Made by a program: the position numbers and the translations under genes
The notes under the pieces: model-generated
Database searches by the model: none
Told to the model about the DNA's origin: nothing
Seen by the model: only the letters and a program-made list of their open reading frames with translations
From: Thermoproteota archaeon
GTDB taxonomy: Archaea; Asgardarchaeota; Jordiarchaeia; Jordiarchaeales; Freyrarchaeaceae
DNA: 64,000 bases
NCBI GenBank assembly: GCA_029258835.1
Contig: JAPDJY010000034.1
Span: 31,036-95,035 of the forward strand
Direction of reading: 5' to 3'
Part shown: in pieces, positions 28,793 to 37,852 of the stretch
Layout of the letters: each line of letters opens with the position of its first letter
Position numbering within the stretch: the stretch's first letter is position 1

Positions 28793-29407
28793 TTATTCTT
28801 CATCAGGCTCGATGCTTCTTGCTTCAAGTATCATGTATGGCCCGGTCTTCAGTTCTTTGACTTCTTCTTTTGTGAGTTCCTCTACTTTTACTCTTTTCTG
28901 GTCTCTTAGCAGTATCATACCGTTCCCTAGGGGGTCTTCGAGTATTATCGTGAATTTTAGCTGTCCACTTATCGCCTTATTTATGGCGTTGATCGCTTGT
29001 TCGCATCTTTGCGTCTCCTGTGGAGTGGTGGACCAGTTCTTGAGTGTTTGGGCTATGTCCAGAAAGCGATGTAGCACCCCCTCCACGTTTGTTATGAATG
29101 GCTGGGCTGCCGGCCCAGGTTCCATGGATGCCCCAAGCTCGGGGATTCTTATAGTGCTCGTCGATGACCTAACAACTTTAGCGTTAAGGTCTTCTAAGCT
29201 CTGAACGTGAAATGTGCACCTTATTGGTCTGCCAAACCTCATATTCATCACGTCACTTACCTTTAAACCGCATTTTTCACATTTAACCGTTATTAAGAAG
29301 AGGTCATGGAAGAAGGGGACGTTCACCTGTGTCTGAATAACCGTCGCTTTGCTTCCACATGAGGGACAGATGGCTTCGTCGATCTCCATTGTTCCCCCCT
29401 CTTTCAT
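28793..29407 (-). CDS. ZPR1 zinc-finger protein
   Basis: CPSC...CEKCG, VVRS, IPELG...PG, ITNVEG, LEDPLGN. Confidence 0.92.
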   Translation of the reverse strand: MKEGGTMEIDEAICPSCGSKATVIQTQVNVPFFHDLFLITVKCEKCGLKVSDVMNMRFGRPIRCTFHVQSLEDLNAKVVRSSTSTIRIPELGASMEPGPAAQPFITNVEGVLHRFLDIAQTLKNWSTTPQETQRCEQAINAINKAISGQLKFTIILEDPLGNGMILLRDQKRVKVEELTKEEVKELKTGPYMILEARSIEPDEE

Positions 29408-31125
29408 GCTTGCTTCTTCATGGCCTCCAGCTGTGACAGGAGGTGTTCCGCCTCCTCCTTAGGATCCGCTTCCCTGAAGGAGATAACCTTCAGCCTCCTC
29501 CTTCCAGTTACAGGGTTTACCGCATGCTTAACGGCGAGAACGACCTCTTTCCCTTCTACTTCCCTTGCTTTATCCCTTATGGGTGCGTCGACGCTTCCCG
29601 TTTTCTCTACAGTCATGTATGCTTCTCTAGGCGTCACTTTTAAGAGCTTCTCCGCCTGCATCCCTGTGAAGACTGCCTCCGCTGTGTCTGTTCCATCGTC
29701 AACTACGGCGTTAACTAAAAGTTTTAGTGTCGGCTCGATTCTTCCGCAACCTGGGCAAACCCACCTCTCATCTCTAACTGCAACCTTACCGCAGAACGGG
29801 CATACCTCGTAGACCGTCTTTTTGCGCAGGAGCCGTCGAATGGTTACTCTTACCTCCGCCTCCTCCCCGTCCTCCAGCTGGAAGAGGAATTTACGCGTCA
29901 GCCCCCCTTTCACTTCCTCCTCGCTGAAATCTTCTGTTGACGCGACCTCTACGTTCGAGAAGCGTCCCACATGAACTTCCACGTCACCACTCAACCCTAT
30001 CCTCGTGTATCCCCTCCTAACCTTTAAGGTGTCCCCTACCTCGGCGTCGGCCACCATGTCTGCCTGCTCCCCCCAAGCGACAACTCGAACAGTCCCGGTC
30101 TCGTCTTTGATCACCAAAGAAGCCATATTCCCCGTTGTACCGTCACTTCTCGTAAACTCCTTGACGGACGCGTCTTCTACGACTTCCCCCTCCACGTCCA
30201 CAGCAGCCATATCCGGCTCCAAAACGGCTATGTTCACCTTCCTCCCCACGGTTGCCGCCGTGTGCTCCACCGTTACCTGAGCTAGCTTACCTACGTGTAG
30301 CTCCACGTCCCCCTGAAGACCAATCTTGGTATATGCGTTTTCTATCTTCAACCTATCTCCCTCCTTGACGTCTTCGACTAGGAGGGCGTTTTCATCCCAG
30401 AAGACCGCTCTAACACTCCCTGTGTCATCAGCTATTATCATTGCTTTTCTCCGTCCCTCGCCTCCTCCCTCTCTAGCGAAAACAGTCGCCGGGTAGACTC
30501 TCTGAACTACCACCTCCACGTCCACGTCCCGCATTTCAGGAGTCAGCTCGCTTAACTTAACCGTTCTACGTTCAACAATGGGGTATTCTTCCTCATCCAC
30601 GCCTTCGGGTCTCAGCTCCACGCCGCCTCCCCTTCCAACATGCACCTCGACCTCCCCTTTCAACCCCTCTCTGATATAACCCCTAACTACTCTAATTATG
30701 TCTCCCTCTCCGATAGAGCCGTTCTCCACCAGTTCAGCGTGTTCCCCCCACAGGACAACCCTAACGCTTCCAGTAGCATCGTTCAAGAGTATGCTGGCGA
30801 TTTTTCCTCGAACACCCCTCCTCTCAAACTCTCTCACAGGGTACACCCTGCTAACCCTGCCAGTAATAGTCACGCTCCGCATGTCCATTTTCAAGTCTTT
30901 TATACGCAGTTTAACGGGCTTATACTCGTCGACCTCTGAAAGGTCTACTCCAAGGTCCTTAGCTACGAGGTGGGCTGCTCCCTCGTCGCTTATCAGCCCA
31001 TCCATCTCCCTCTTCTTGTCCTCTATAAGGTGTTGGATGTCGCTTCTGGTCAGCCCAGACCTTTCAGCTATAAAGCTTATCTTCTCCTCCAAACTCAACC
31101 AGCTCACCTGTCCATGGAATCCCAC
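29404..31125 (-). CDS. rpa: Replication protein A large subunit (multiple OB folds plus Zn finger)
   Basis: Three D.TG.VR.V.W OB repeats, a fourth OB with CPFC/CPGC and DDGT; N-terminal GLISDEGA domain. Confidence 0.9.
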   Translation of the reverse strand: MGFHGQVSWLSLEEKISFIAERSGLTRSDIQHLIEDKKREMDGLISDEGAAHLVAKDLGVDLSEVDEYKPVKLRIKDLKMDMRSVTITGRVSRVYPVREFERRGVRGKIASILLNDATGSVRVVLWGEHAELVENGSIGEGDIIRVVRGYIREGLKGEVEVHVGRGGGVELRPEGVDEEEYPIVERRTVKLSELTPEMRDVDVEVVVQRVYPATVFAREGGGEGRRKAMIIADDTGSVRAVFWDENALLVEDVKEGDRLKIENAYTKIGLQGDVELHVGKLAQVTVEHTAATVGRKVNIAVLEPDMAAVDVEGEVVEDASVKEFTRSDGTTGNMASLVIKDETGTVRVVAWGEQADMVADAEVGDTLKVRRGYTRIGLSGDVEVHVGRFSNVEVASTEDFSEEEVKGGLTRKFLFQLEDGEEAEVRVTIRRLLRKKTVYEVCPFCGKVAVRDERWVCPGCGRIEPTLKLLVNAVVDDGTDTAEAVFTGMQAEKLLKVTPREAYMTVEKTGSVDAPIRDKAREVEGKEVVLAVKHAVNPVTGRRRLKVISFREADPKEEAEHLLSQLEAMKKQA

Positions 31126-31234
31126 TATAACATGTTTCGGAGAAGCTTTTAAGGTTCACCACCCACATCTAGTCCGATCATGTAGGGAAACGCCTTCGTT
31201 CCCTCCTCTAAGCTACTGTTTCGAGGTGTCCGCC

Positions 31235-32098
31235 TTGCGGTGGGCTGAAAATTTTGAAGAGGCGGTCGTCGAGCTTCTGAGACGCTCCGTCTCAACCCTT
31301 CCACCAGACGTTAAAAGCGCTCTCGAAGCAGCGTTGAAAAGGGAGTCTGAGGAGATCGCCAGAATCCAGCTGGAGGCCATGCTGGAAAACATAAGAATGG
31401 CCGAGGAGAAGCGCTTACCCATCTGCCAAGATACGGGTATCCTCCACTTCCGCGTTCGACTCGGCTCCTCCGCGAACGCGAGAACTGTTAGGGACGTGAT
31501 CCTCAAAGCTACGGCTAAGGCAACCCGTGAGATACCCTTAAGGCCGAATGCCGTCGACCCCGTGACAGGGATAAACTCCGGCGATAATACGGGCTTACAT
31601 GTGCCATGGATCGACTTTGAACACTCCGAAGACGACTGGATCGAAGTAACAGTTCTCCCCAAGGGGGGTGGGAGCGACAACGTGAGCACGATAAGGTTTG
31701 TTCCTCCCAGTGAGGGGTTGCACGGCGTCAAGGAGGCAGTCGTGGACGCTGTCTTAAGGGCTGGAGGCGCACCGTGTCCCCCCGTCGTATTGGGGGTAGG
31801 AGTTGGGGGAGGGGCTTCGGTCGTCATGCAACTCGCAAAAAAAGCCCTTATGCGTCCGATCTCCGAGAGAAACCCCAACAGGGAGATAGCCAAGCTAGAG
31901 CTCGAAATACTCGAAGCCGTCAATGGAACGGGCGTGGGGCCCATGGGTCTCGGGGGTAAAACAACAGCTATAGGTGTAAACGTTGAGGTGGCTCATAGGC
32001 ACCCTGCCTCGTACCCCGTCGCCATACTCTTTAACTGCTACGTTGCGAGGAGAGCTAAAATTAGGATGTACCCTAATGGTGAATGGCTCTTTTGCTAG
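31235..32098 (+). CDS. Fe-S hydro-lyase alpha subunit (fumarate hydratase/tartrate dehydratase)
   Basis: PICQDTG, KGGGSDN, CPP, GVGVGG, GPMGLGG; start trimmed to TTG behind GAGGTG. Confidence 0.92.
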   Translation: MRWAENFEEAVVELLRRSVSTLPPDVKSALEAALKRESEEIARIQLEAMLENIRMAEEKRLPICQDTGILHFRVRLGSSANARTVRDVILKATAKATREIPLRPNAVDPVTGINSGDNTGLHVPWIDFEHSEDDWIEVTVLPKGGGSDNVSTIRFVPPSEGLHGVKEAVVDAVLRAGGAPCPPVVLGVGVGGGASVVMQLAKKALMRPISERNPNREIAKLELEILEAVNGTGVGPMGLGGKTTAIGVNVEVAHRHPASYPVAILFNCYVARRAKIRMYPNGEWLFC

Positions 32099-32111
32099 TT
32101 TGTGGAGGAGG

Positions 32112-32660
32112 ATGTCAATGAATGTTAAACTAGCTACTCCCTTATCTGAAAGCGACGTGAGGTCTCTACACGTAGGAGACATAGTGTTTCTCTCGGGCAC
32201 GATTGTGACGGCTAGGGATGCAGCCCATAAGAGAATGATTGAAAGCATTCGGAGTTCCCGCCCCTTACCCATCAACTTGAAGGGAGGAGTAATCTATCAC
32301 TGCGGACCCATAGTGAAGAGGGAGAGGGACCGCTTAACCATCGTCTCGGCTGGGCCAACGACGAGCATGAGAATGGAGCCCTTCGAACCATTCATTATAG
32401 AACGTCTCGGTGTGAGGATGGTGATCGGCAAGGGGGGGATGGGCAAGGAGACCATTAAAGCCATGAAGCGTCACGGTGCTGTTTACGCAGCGTTCCCGGG
32501 TGGGGCGGGCGTCTTGGCTGCGTCGAAGGTTAGTTGCGTCCTACGGGTTGAATGGGAGGACTTGGGAATGCCTGAAGCCTTATGGGTCTTAAAGGTGGAA
32601 TCGTTCGGCCCCTTAGTGATCGCCATAGATTCCCATGGGGAGACCTTGTACCGGGGTTAA
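32112..32660 (+). CDS. Fe-S hydro-lyase beta subunit
   Basis: TARDAAH, YHCGP, GPTTS.RM, GKGG, LGMPEA. Confidence 0.93.
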   Translation: MSMNVKLATPLSESDVRSLHVGDIVFLSGTIVTARDAAHKRMIESIRSSRPLPINLKGGVIYHCGPIVKRERDRLTIVSAGPTTSMRMEPFEPFIIERLGVRMVIGKGGMGKETIKAMKRHGAVYAAFPGGAGVLAASKVSCVLRVEWEDLGMPEALWVLKVESFGPLVIAIDSHGETLYRG

Positions 32661-33445
32661 AAATACTCTGTGAGCCTTCTTGAAGCAGGCTCTCTAAGCA
32701 TCTCAGCACACTTTTGAGGGGTCAATTGCTTAAACTCGAGTCCATGCTTCTCTAAAACTAAGAGTGCTTTCTTGGATGCTGAAGGGGCTGCTAGGATCCC
32801 CCTCACACCACGCCCCCCACTTCTCCTCTTAACATCCTCAACATACCTAACTAGTTGCACGGCGTCCTCCCCCGTCGCGCTCCTCCTTTTAAGCTCTATA
32901 ACCACGATGTTCCCTGCACGGTCAATGGCGTAAACATCTATGAATCCTGGCTCAACGCTCTTCTCCTTCATTATCGGCTTTAAGCCCTCCTCTACGAGCT
33001 CCGGGTTAGCCATTACCACCCTCTGCATGTCCTTCTCGCTGGCATACATTGCAAACTCTGCTTTGTCCACTAGGTTTGCCACAACCAAGCCGTACACCTT
33101 CTCAAACTCGACTTCTAGCGTTTCCTTAGGTTTAAGCCTAATACTCCTAAGAACCATTCTTCCGTTTCGAAGGGAGGCTTGGATGACAGACCCTGGAGGC
33201 TGCCAGTTTACTGGCTGGACGTCCCAAGCTCTGTGTACGAGCACGCTTCCATCCCCCTTAACCACCACAACTCTTTCACCCAAACCCAGCGTTGAACTAG
33301 CCCGCCCCCTATAGTCAACTCTACAGGAGCCCACAACAAGCAGAAACCTCTCTTTCCTCAAAGCATCCTTAACGGTACGTATCGCCTCCTCTAGGGATGG
33401 TTGATCCAGAAAAAGGACGCTACCTTCATGCAATGGATGCACCAC
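32657..33445 (-). CDS. nucS: Mismatch endonuclease NucS/EndoMS
   Basis: C.VDY.GRA.S, DGSVLVH, PVNWQP, ID...ELKR, QL.RY. Confidence 0.95.
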   Translation of the reverse strand: MVHPLHEGSVLFLDQPSLEEAIRTVKDALRKERFLLVVGSCRVDYRGRASSTLGLGERVVVVKGDGSVLVHRAWDVQPVNWQPPGSVIQASLRNGRMVLRSIRLKPKETLEVEFEKVYGLVVANLVDKAEFAMYASEKDMQRVVMANPELVEEGLKPIMKEKSVEPGFIDVYAIDRAGNIVVIELKRRSATGEDAVQLVRYVEDVKRRSGGRGVRGILAAPSASKKALLVLEKHGLEFKQLTPQKCAEMLREPASRRLTEYF

Positions 33446-33477
33446 CTTTTTATCCTCGCCTTCTCTTAATGTAACGT

Positions 33478-34005
33478 ATGGGTCGAGGCGAAATCAGGAG
33501 GAAAGCTGGACTCTACGATGAAACAGCTTGGATGTACGATAAACGTTACGGCTACCAGCAAAGCCTAAAGCATGCGGCTGCCTTATCCGAGCTACCGGTA
33601 GGGAAGAAAGATGTTGTAGCAGACCTAGGATGCGGAACCGGGGATCTACTTAAGAAGATAAGAAACCTAGGTGGATTGGGGGTGGGGTTCGACTTCTCCC
33701 TGAAAATGCTCTTGGAAGCCAGAAGGAAGCATCCTGACCTTGACTTCGTACTAGCCGACGTGCATCGCCTCCCCTTAAAACCCTCCTCCTGCAGTAAGGT
33801 CTTCGCTGTAACTCTCCTTCAAAACGTCAACGTTAACGTTTTTCTCGAAGAGCTTGCTAGGATCTGTCGTCCCCACGGCCAAGCCTTGTTGTCGTCTTTA
33901 GCGAAGGTTGCCGAGCCCTTCATCCAATCCATCCTCAAGTTAAAACCTCGAAAGATCTTTAGCGTTGATGAAGACATAATGGCCGTAATGGAGCTTCAGG
34001 GTTAA
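33478..34005 (+). CDS. Class I SAM-dependent methyltransferase
   Basis: DLGCGTG, GFDFS..ML, AD...LP. Confidence 0.88.
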   Translation: MGRGEIRRKAGLYDETAWMYDKRYGYQQSLKHAAALSELPVGKKDVVADLGCGTGDLLKKIRNLGGLGVGFDFSLKMLLEARRKHPDLDFVLADVHRLPLKPSSCSKVFAVTLLQNVNVNVFLEELARICRPHGQALLSSLAKVAEPFIQSILKLKPRKIFSVDEDIMAVMELQG

Positions 34006-34011
34006 GCTATT

Positions 34012-34749
34012 TTATATGCCTCCACTTGGAAGAATTATAATCCCGTTATCGCCTATCTCGAAAGGCATGACCTTTAAGGAGTGCTTCGAAAACCTTAATT
34101 TGCGAACCACTAGGGACCTCTTAAGCTCCCCTCTCTCCTCGTTTAGGTAAAGGATGATTATTCCTTGGGCTATAAACTCCTCCACCCCAAATCTTGAAAA
34201 CTCGTGCTTCGACGTTATCTCCGACGTCAGCAAGCTCGTGGTGTTAAGGTCATTAAGCAGAGAAGCAATCTTAAAAATCGCTGTTCTGATCGCGGTTAAC
34301 GATTCAAACCGTATTCCGAGGCTTGAAAGAGAGTCGATCACCACACGCTCAGCGTTTATCTCCTTGGTTGCCTTATAAATTTCCTGGGCTAGAGTGCTTA
34401 TGTCGAACCCTCGCCTTAGAGTGTACGGTTCAGAGGTTGGAAGTCCTGCTCTACTCGAAGCTGCATCGATGATGATAAGCTTCCCCTCTCTCTCCATTTT
34501 CTCAATGTCCCAGCCAAACTGCCTAGCTTCACGCCTTAAGTCGTTAGGTCTCTCCTCAAGTGTTACGAACACTCCCGGCTCATCGTACTCGCTTGCCCCA
34601 TAGTAAAGAAACTGCATACAAAAGATTGTCTTCCCGGTTCCGGCAGCCCCTGTAACGAGGACGTTAGTTCCTTTAACGAACCCACCATTAGTTATCTCAT
34701 CAAGGCCTGGAATGCCCGTCTTCACCCTCTCAATCATGTTCCCCCTCAC
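34012..34749 (-). CDS. KaiC/RAD55-like single-domain ATPase
   Basis: TGIPGLD, GAAGTGKT, TLEE, VIDS, KLR. Confidence 0.92.
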   Translation of the reverse strand: MRGNMIERVKTGIPGLDEITNGGFVKGTNVLVTGAAGTGKTIFCMQFLYYGASEYDEPGVFVTLEERPNDLRREARQFGWDIEKMEREGKLIIIDAASSRAGLPTSEPYTLRRGFDISTLAQEIYKATKEINAERVVIDSLSSLGIRFESLTAIRTAIFKIASLLNDLNTTSLLTSEITSKHEFSRFGVEEFIAQGIIILYLNEERGELKRSLVVRKLRFSKHSLKVMPFEIGDNGIIILPSGGI

Positions 34750-35243
34750 CTCTCTTCTTCAGCTATTTCAGGTATTAACCCTATTATCTCCTCTCCCTTA
34801 AGAAGTTCATTCATATACCAAACGTTAACCTCTTGAACGTCAGGGCTTCTTCTGAAACCAGAAATAATCCTCTCCAACTCCTCATTAGTCCTTGCAATAG
34901 CTATTAAATATACCTCGTTTCCCTCGTCTCCTATCCCGATGAGCCTTACGTAGTCGTTCTTGATAAGGTTTTCAGCGATCTCCCGTGTCCTCTTAACGGT
35001 TAAGTCCTTAACGATATGCCCCCCCACCATCAACCTTACCATCGCCAAAGCATTATACCCTAGCTTCTCGGCTGAAACCGCCACAGTAAATTTACGAATA
35101 ATCCCCTTCTCAACAAGTTTGCGGACGCGAAAATGTATGGTTGTGTCTGGTACGTTTAAGGTTTTAGCTATTTGCGTAAACGGGATTCTTGAATCCTTCT
35201 GAAGGATCTTCAAAATTTCAACGTCAAGGGTATCTATTTCCAT
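34746..35243 (-). CDS. Lrp/AsnC transcriptional regulator
   Basis: LD..ILK.LQKDSR...IAK...TIHFRVRKL..KGII HTH. Confidence 0.92.
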   Translation of the reverse strand: MEIDTLDVEILKILQKDSRIPFTQIAKTLNVPDTTIHFRVRKLVEKGIIRKFTVAVSAEKLGYNALAMVRLMVGGHIVKDLTVKRTREIAENLIKNDYVRLIGIGDEGNEVYLIAIARTNEELERIISGFRRSPDVQEVNVWYMNELLKGEEIIGLIPEIAEEER

Positions 35244-35400
35244 TAATTTGGCACCTCTTTTCCAGCTAAATTCAACCTAGTTATCACCTTTTTTGTTAAA
35301 AATTTAACTATTAATTAAATTAAAATGTTTCTATTATTCCTCATACCTCCTTCTTGTTAAAGGAAATCCAATTAACCTTTGTCCCTTAGGAGCCCTTCCT

Positions 35401-36165
35401 TCATTCGCCGTCTGTTTTCCAGAGGCTTGATATCATAGCCGCCAGTCTGGGCTTTCCGAATTGCTCCATTACCTCCTTATCCTTTTCTCCCGGGAAAACT
35501 CCTATGAATGGGCTCACCGTTCCCTCCTCCACCTGTGCAACCCAAACCGCAATATTGCTTTCAAGGATTTTATTGGCCTTCCTCCTGTAAAACTCGTAGA
35601 ATGGCTCAAGCCTTGATCCTGTTGGGACAACGAGTATCTTCCCCTTGAACTCGTCTATTCTGTCATCGACCTCCCTGTGGGCGTCCTCGACCGACTTAAA
35701 AAACACTATCGTCATTTCCCGCTGGTTTTTAATAGCCTTTAATGTTTCATTCTCTCTCATGACGAGGTATCCTGCCTTTTCGAGTACTTCCTGCACTATT
35801 TGGATGGACCTTTCAAGCCTGAATGTACGTAGTTTTTCTAGGAGCTTTTCGAAGTCTACTCTTTCCCTGTCGACCGTATGGCTAAAGTAAAACGTTTCCC
35901 CCCTGTAAACTCCTCTCTCGCTCAGGTGAGGCGCGTGTATTGAGAGGGGCACTGGACCCGTTACTGCCTTCATGAAGAAAGCTGTAGGTTCACCTCTTTC
36001 TTTTGCAAACTCCTCAAGCTCGTCCTTCGAGAAGTGCTTCTTTAATGCACTTTTTATTTTGCAGAGGAGTTCTGGCTGTGAGACAATCTTCTCCCTGTTT
36101 ACCCACTCCTTCAACTCCCCGAAAACAAGCTTTATCTTCTCCTCCATCTCACTCACACACCACAC
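35401..36165 (-). CDS. Hypothetical protein
   Basis: 254-aa ORF directly after AMP phosphorylase; no motif recognised. Confidence 0.6.
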   Translation of the reverse strand: MWCVSEMEEKIKLVFGELKEWVNREKIVSQPELLCKIKSALKKHFSKDELEEFAKERGEPTAFFMKAVTGPVPLSIHAPHLSERGVYRGETFYFSHTVDRERVDFEKLLEKLRTFRLERSIQIVQEVLEKAGYLVMRENETLKAIKNQREMTIVFFKSVEDAHREVDDRIDEFKGKILVVPTGSRLEPFYEFYRRKANKILESNIAVWVAQVEEGTVSPFIGVFPGEKDKEVMEQFGKPRLAAMISSLWKTDGE

Positions 36166-36169
36166 CTTC

Positions 36170-37693
36170 CTATATTTTTCCTAGAAGCATTCCTTCAATC
36201 TGAACTGGGACGAGCTCCGCAGCTAGGGCCGCTGCTTTAGAAAGCCTGCTCTCTCTTTCAGAGTAAATTTCCATTAACGTATCCCCCCTAGAAACCTTGT
36301 AACCCCTCTTAAACCTTAAGATCACCCCTGCTCCCTTATCAACCGGGGCTCCCGCCGCCCTTGCAACCAACTTTATCGCTTCATTATCAACCCTCACCAC
36401 GTACCCGTCGCTTTCAGCATTTACCGTTGTAACGTGGCTGCCTAGTGGTATGTCACTTGGCTTAACCCTTGAATCTCCTCCTTGAGCCTCTATTATCTCT
36501 CTCATTTTAGAGAGAGCCCTCCCACTTCTAAGTATTTCTCTTGCAACCTCTTGTCCTCGCCCAGCCATGGCGGCTTCTCCCATCTCAAGGATCATTCCTG
36601 CGAGAGCCGTTGACTTCTCGACCAGGCTCAAAGGCCCTTTGCCTGCTAGAGCCTCTAGAGCTTCCTTCGCCTCCAAGGCCGGCCCGATGGTGTGCCCAAC
36701 CGGTTGCCCACCATAAGTTATACCACACTGCATTTTAATCCCTAGCTTCCTAGCTATCTTAATGAACTTAACAGCTAGGTTTCTCGCCTCCTCCTCATCC
36801 CGCGTCTTACATCCTTCCCCTATGGGTATATCTAGAACCATGTTATCTATTCCAACGGCTACTTTTTTCGCTAAAATGCTAGCTATCATCTGCGGGACGG
36901 GGTCTATCATCAACGGATGCTCTACTCTAATTATCAAGTCGTCGGTGGGAACTATGTTTAAGCTACCTCCCCACGCTATTATCCCCCTAGTCCTTTCGGC
37001 TATCTCCTTAAACTCCTCCGCCTTGAAGTTCACGGGGGCTAAGACCTCCATAGTGTCGGCTGTTCCGCTGGGACTCGTGATAGCCTTGCTGCTCGTCTTA
37101 GGTATCAGAAGCCCCGACGCTGCCACTATAGGAACTATGAGTAAGCTCACCTTGTTTCCCGGGACTCCTCCTATGGAGTGCTTGTCAAAAGCCCTTTCCT
37201 TAAACTCGATCCTTTCACCACTCTCGATCATGGCGAGGGTTAAGCTTTCTATTTCCGAGTCAGTCATTCCCTTAAATTGTTCTGCTAGAACGAATGCGGC
37301 GACCTCGACACGGCTCAGCTCTCTTCTCGCAATATCCCTAATTATTGAACGTATTTCACCTGCTGAAAGCTCTTCTCCCCTCATCTTTTTATGTATGTAC
37401 TCTGAAGAACGCGGGAACATTACTGGCTCAAGTACTATCCGCTCTCCCTCGGTCAACCCAAGAACATCCCCTAACCCCCTACAAACCCCTACTTCCCCTT
37501 TCCCAACATACGTCCTTGACAGCGAGACTCTTGCATTCGCTTCCTTCTGGCCAAATCTAACTTTAACCCTGTCTCCCACATTAACCCTAAGAGCGGCAGC
37601 ATCGTTCACGTTCAAAATGACTGTTAATTCGTCGAAGTCTACGTCGAAGAGACGCACTTCGAAAGAGTCCACCTTTGCTCCTCCCTTTAACAT
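36170..37693 (-). CDS. AMP phosphorylase
   Basis: DKHSIGGVPGNK, PKTSSKAITSPSGTADTMEVLA, N-terminal beta-barrel extension. Confidence 0.93.
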   Translation of the reverse strand: MLKGGAKVDSFEVRLFDVDFDELTVILNVNDAAALRVNVGDRVKVRFGQKEANARVSLSRTYVGKGEVGVCRGLGDVLGLTEGERIVLEPVMFPRSSEYIHKKMRGEELSAGEIRSIIRDIARRELSRVEVAAFVLAEQFKGMTDSEIESLTLAMIESGERIEFKERAFDKHSIGGVPGNKVSLLIVPIVAASGLLIPKTSSKAITSPSGTADTMEVLAPVNFKAEEFKEIAERTRGIIAWGGSLNIVPTDDLIIRVEHPLMIDPVPQMIASILAKKVAVGIDNMVLDIPIGEGCKTRDEEEARNLAVKFIKIARKLGIKMQCGITYGGQPVGHTIGPALEAKEALEALAGKGPLSLVEKSTALAGMILEMGEAAMAGRGQEVAREILRSGRALSKMREIIEAQGGDSRVKPSDIPLGSHVTTVNAESDGYVVRVDNEAIKLVARAAGAPVDKGAGVILRFKRGYKVSRGDTLMEIYSERESRLSKAAALAAELVPVQIEGMLLGKI

Positions 37694-37852
37694 TTGTTGC
37701 CATCCAACCTTTTTAGGTAACTAGCACTTCACAACAGAAAAACATAGTGGATTCGGTGTCGGTGCTTCTCCCTTTTGACGCCAAAAATATTACCAAACTT
37801 TTTAGGTGTTGAAAGAAGAATATTTTCATGATGGAAAGGGGGCTTCCTCAAC

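Noticed and set aside
30698-31234. N-terminal ~180 aa of the 466-aa ORF, an apparent fusion to the hydro-lyase alpha subunit
   Set aside because: It is antisense shadow of rpa; homology and an RBS begin at ~31235
36762-37724. 320-aa plus-strand ORF
   Set aside because: Antisense shadow of AMP phosphorylase with Ser/Pro-rich composition
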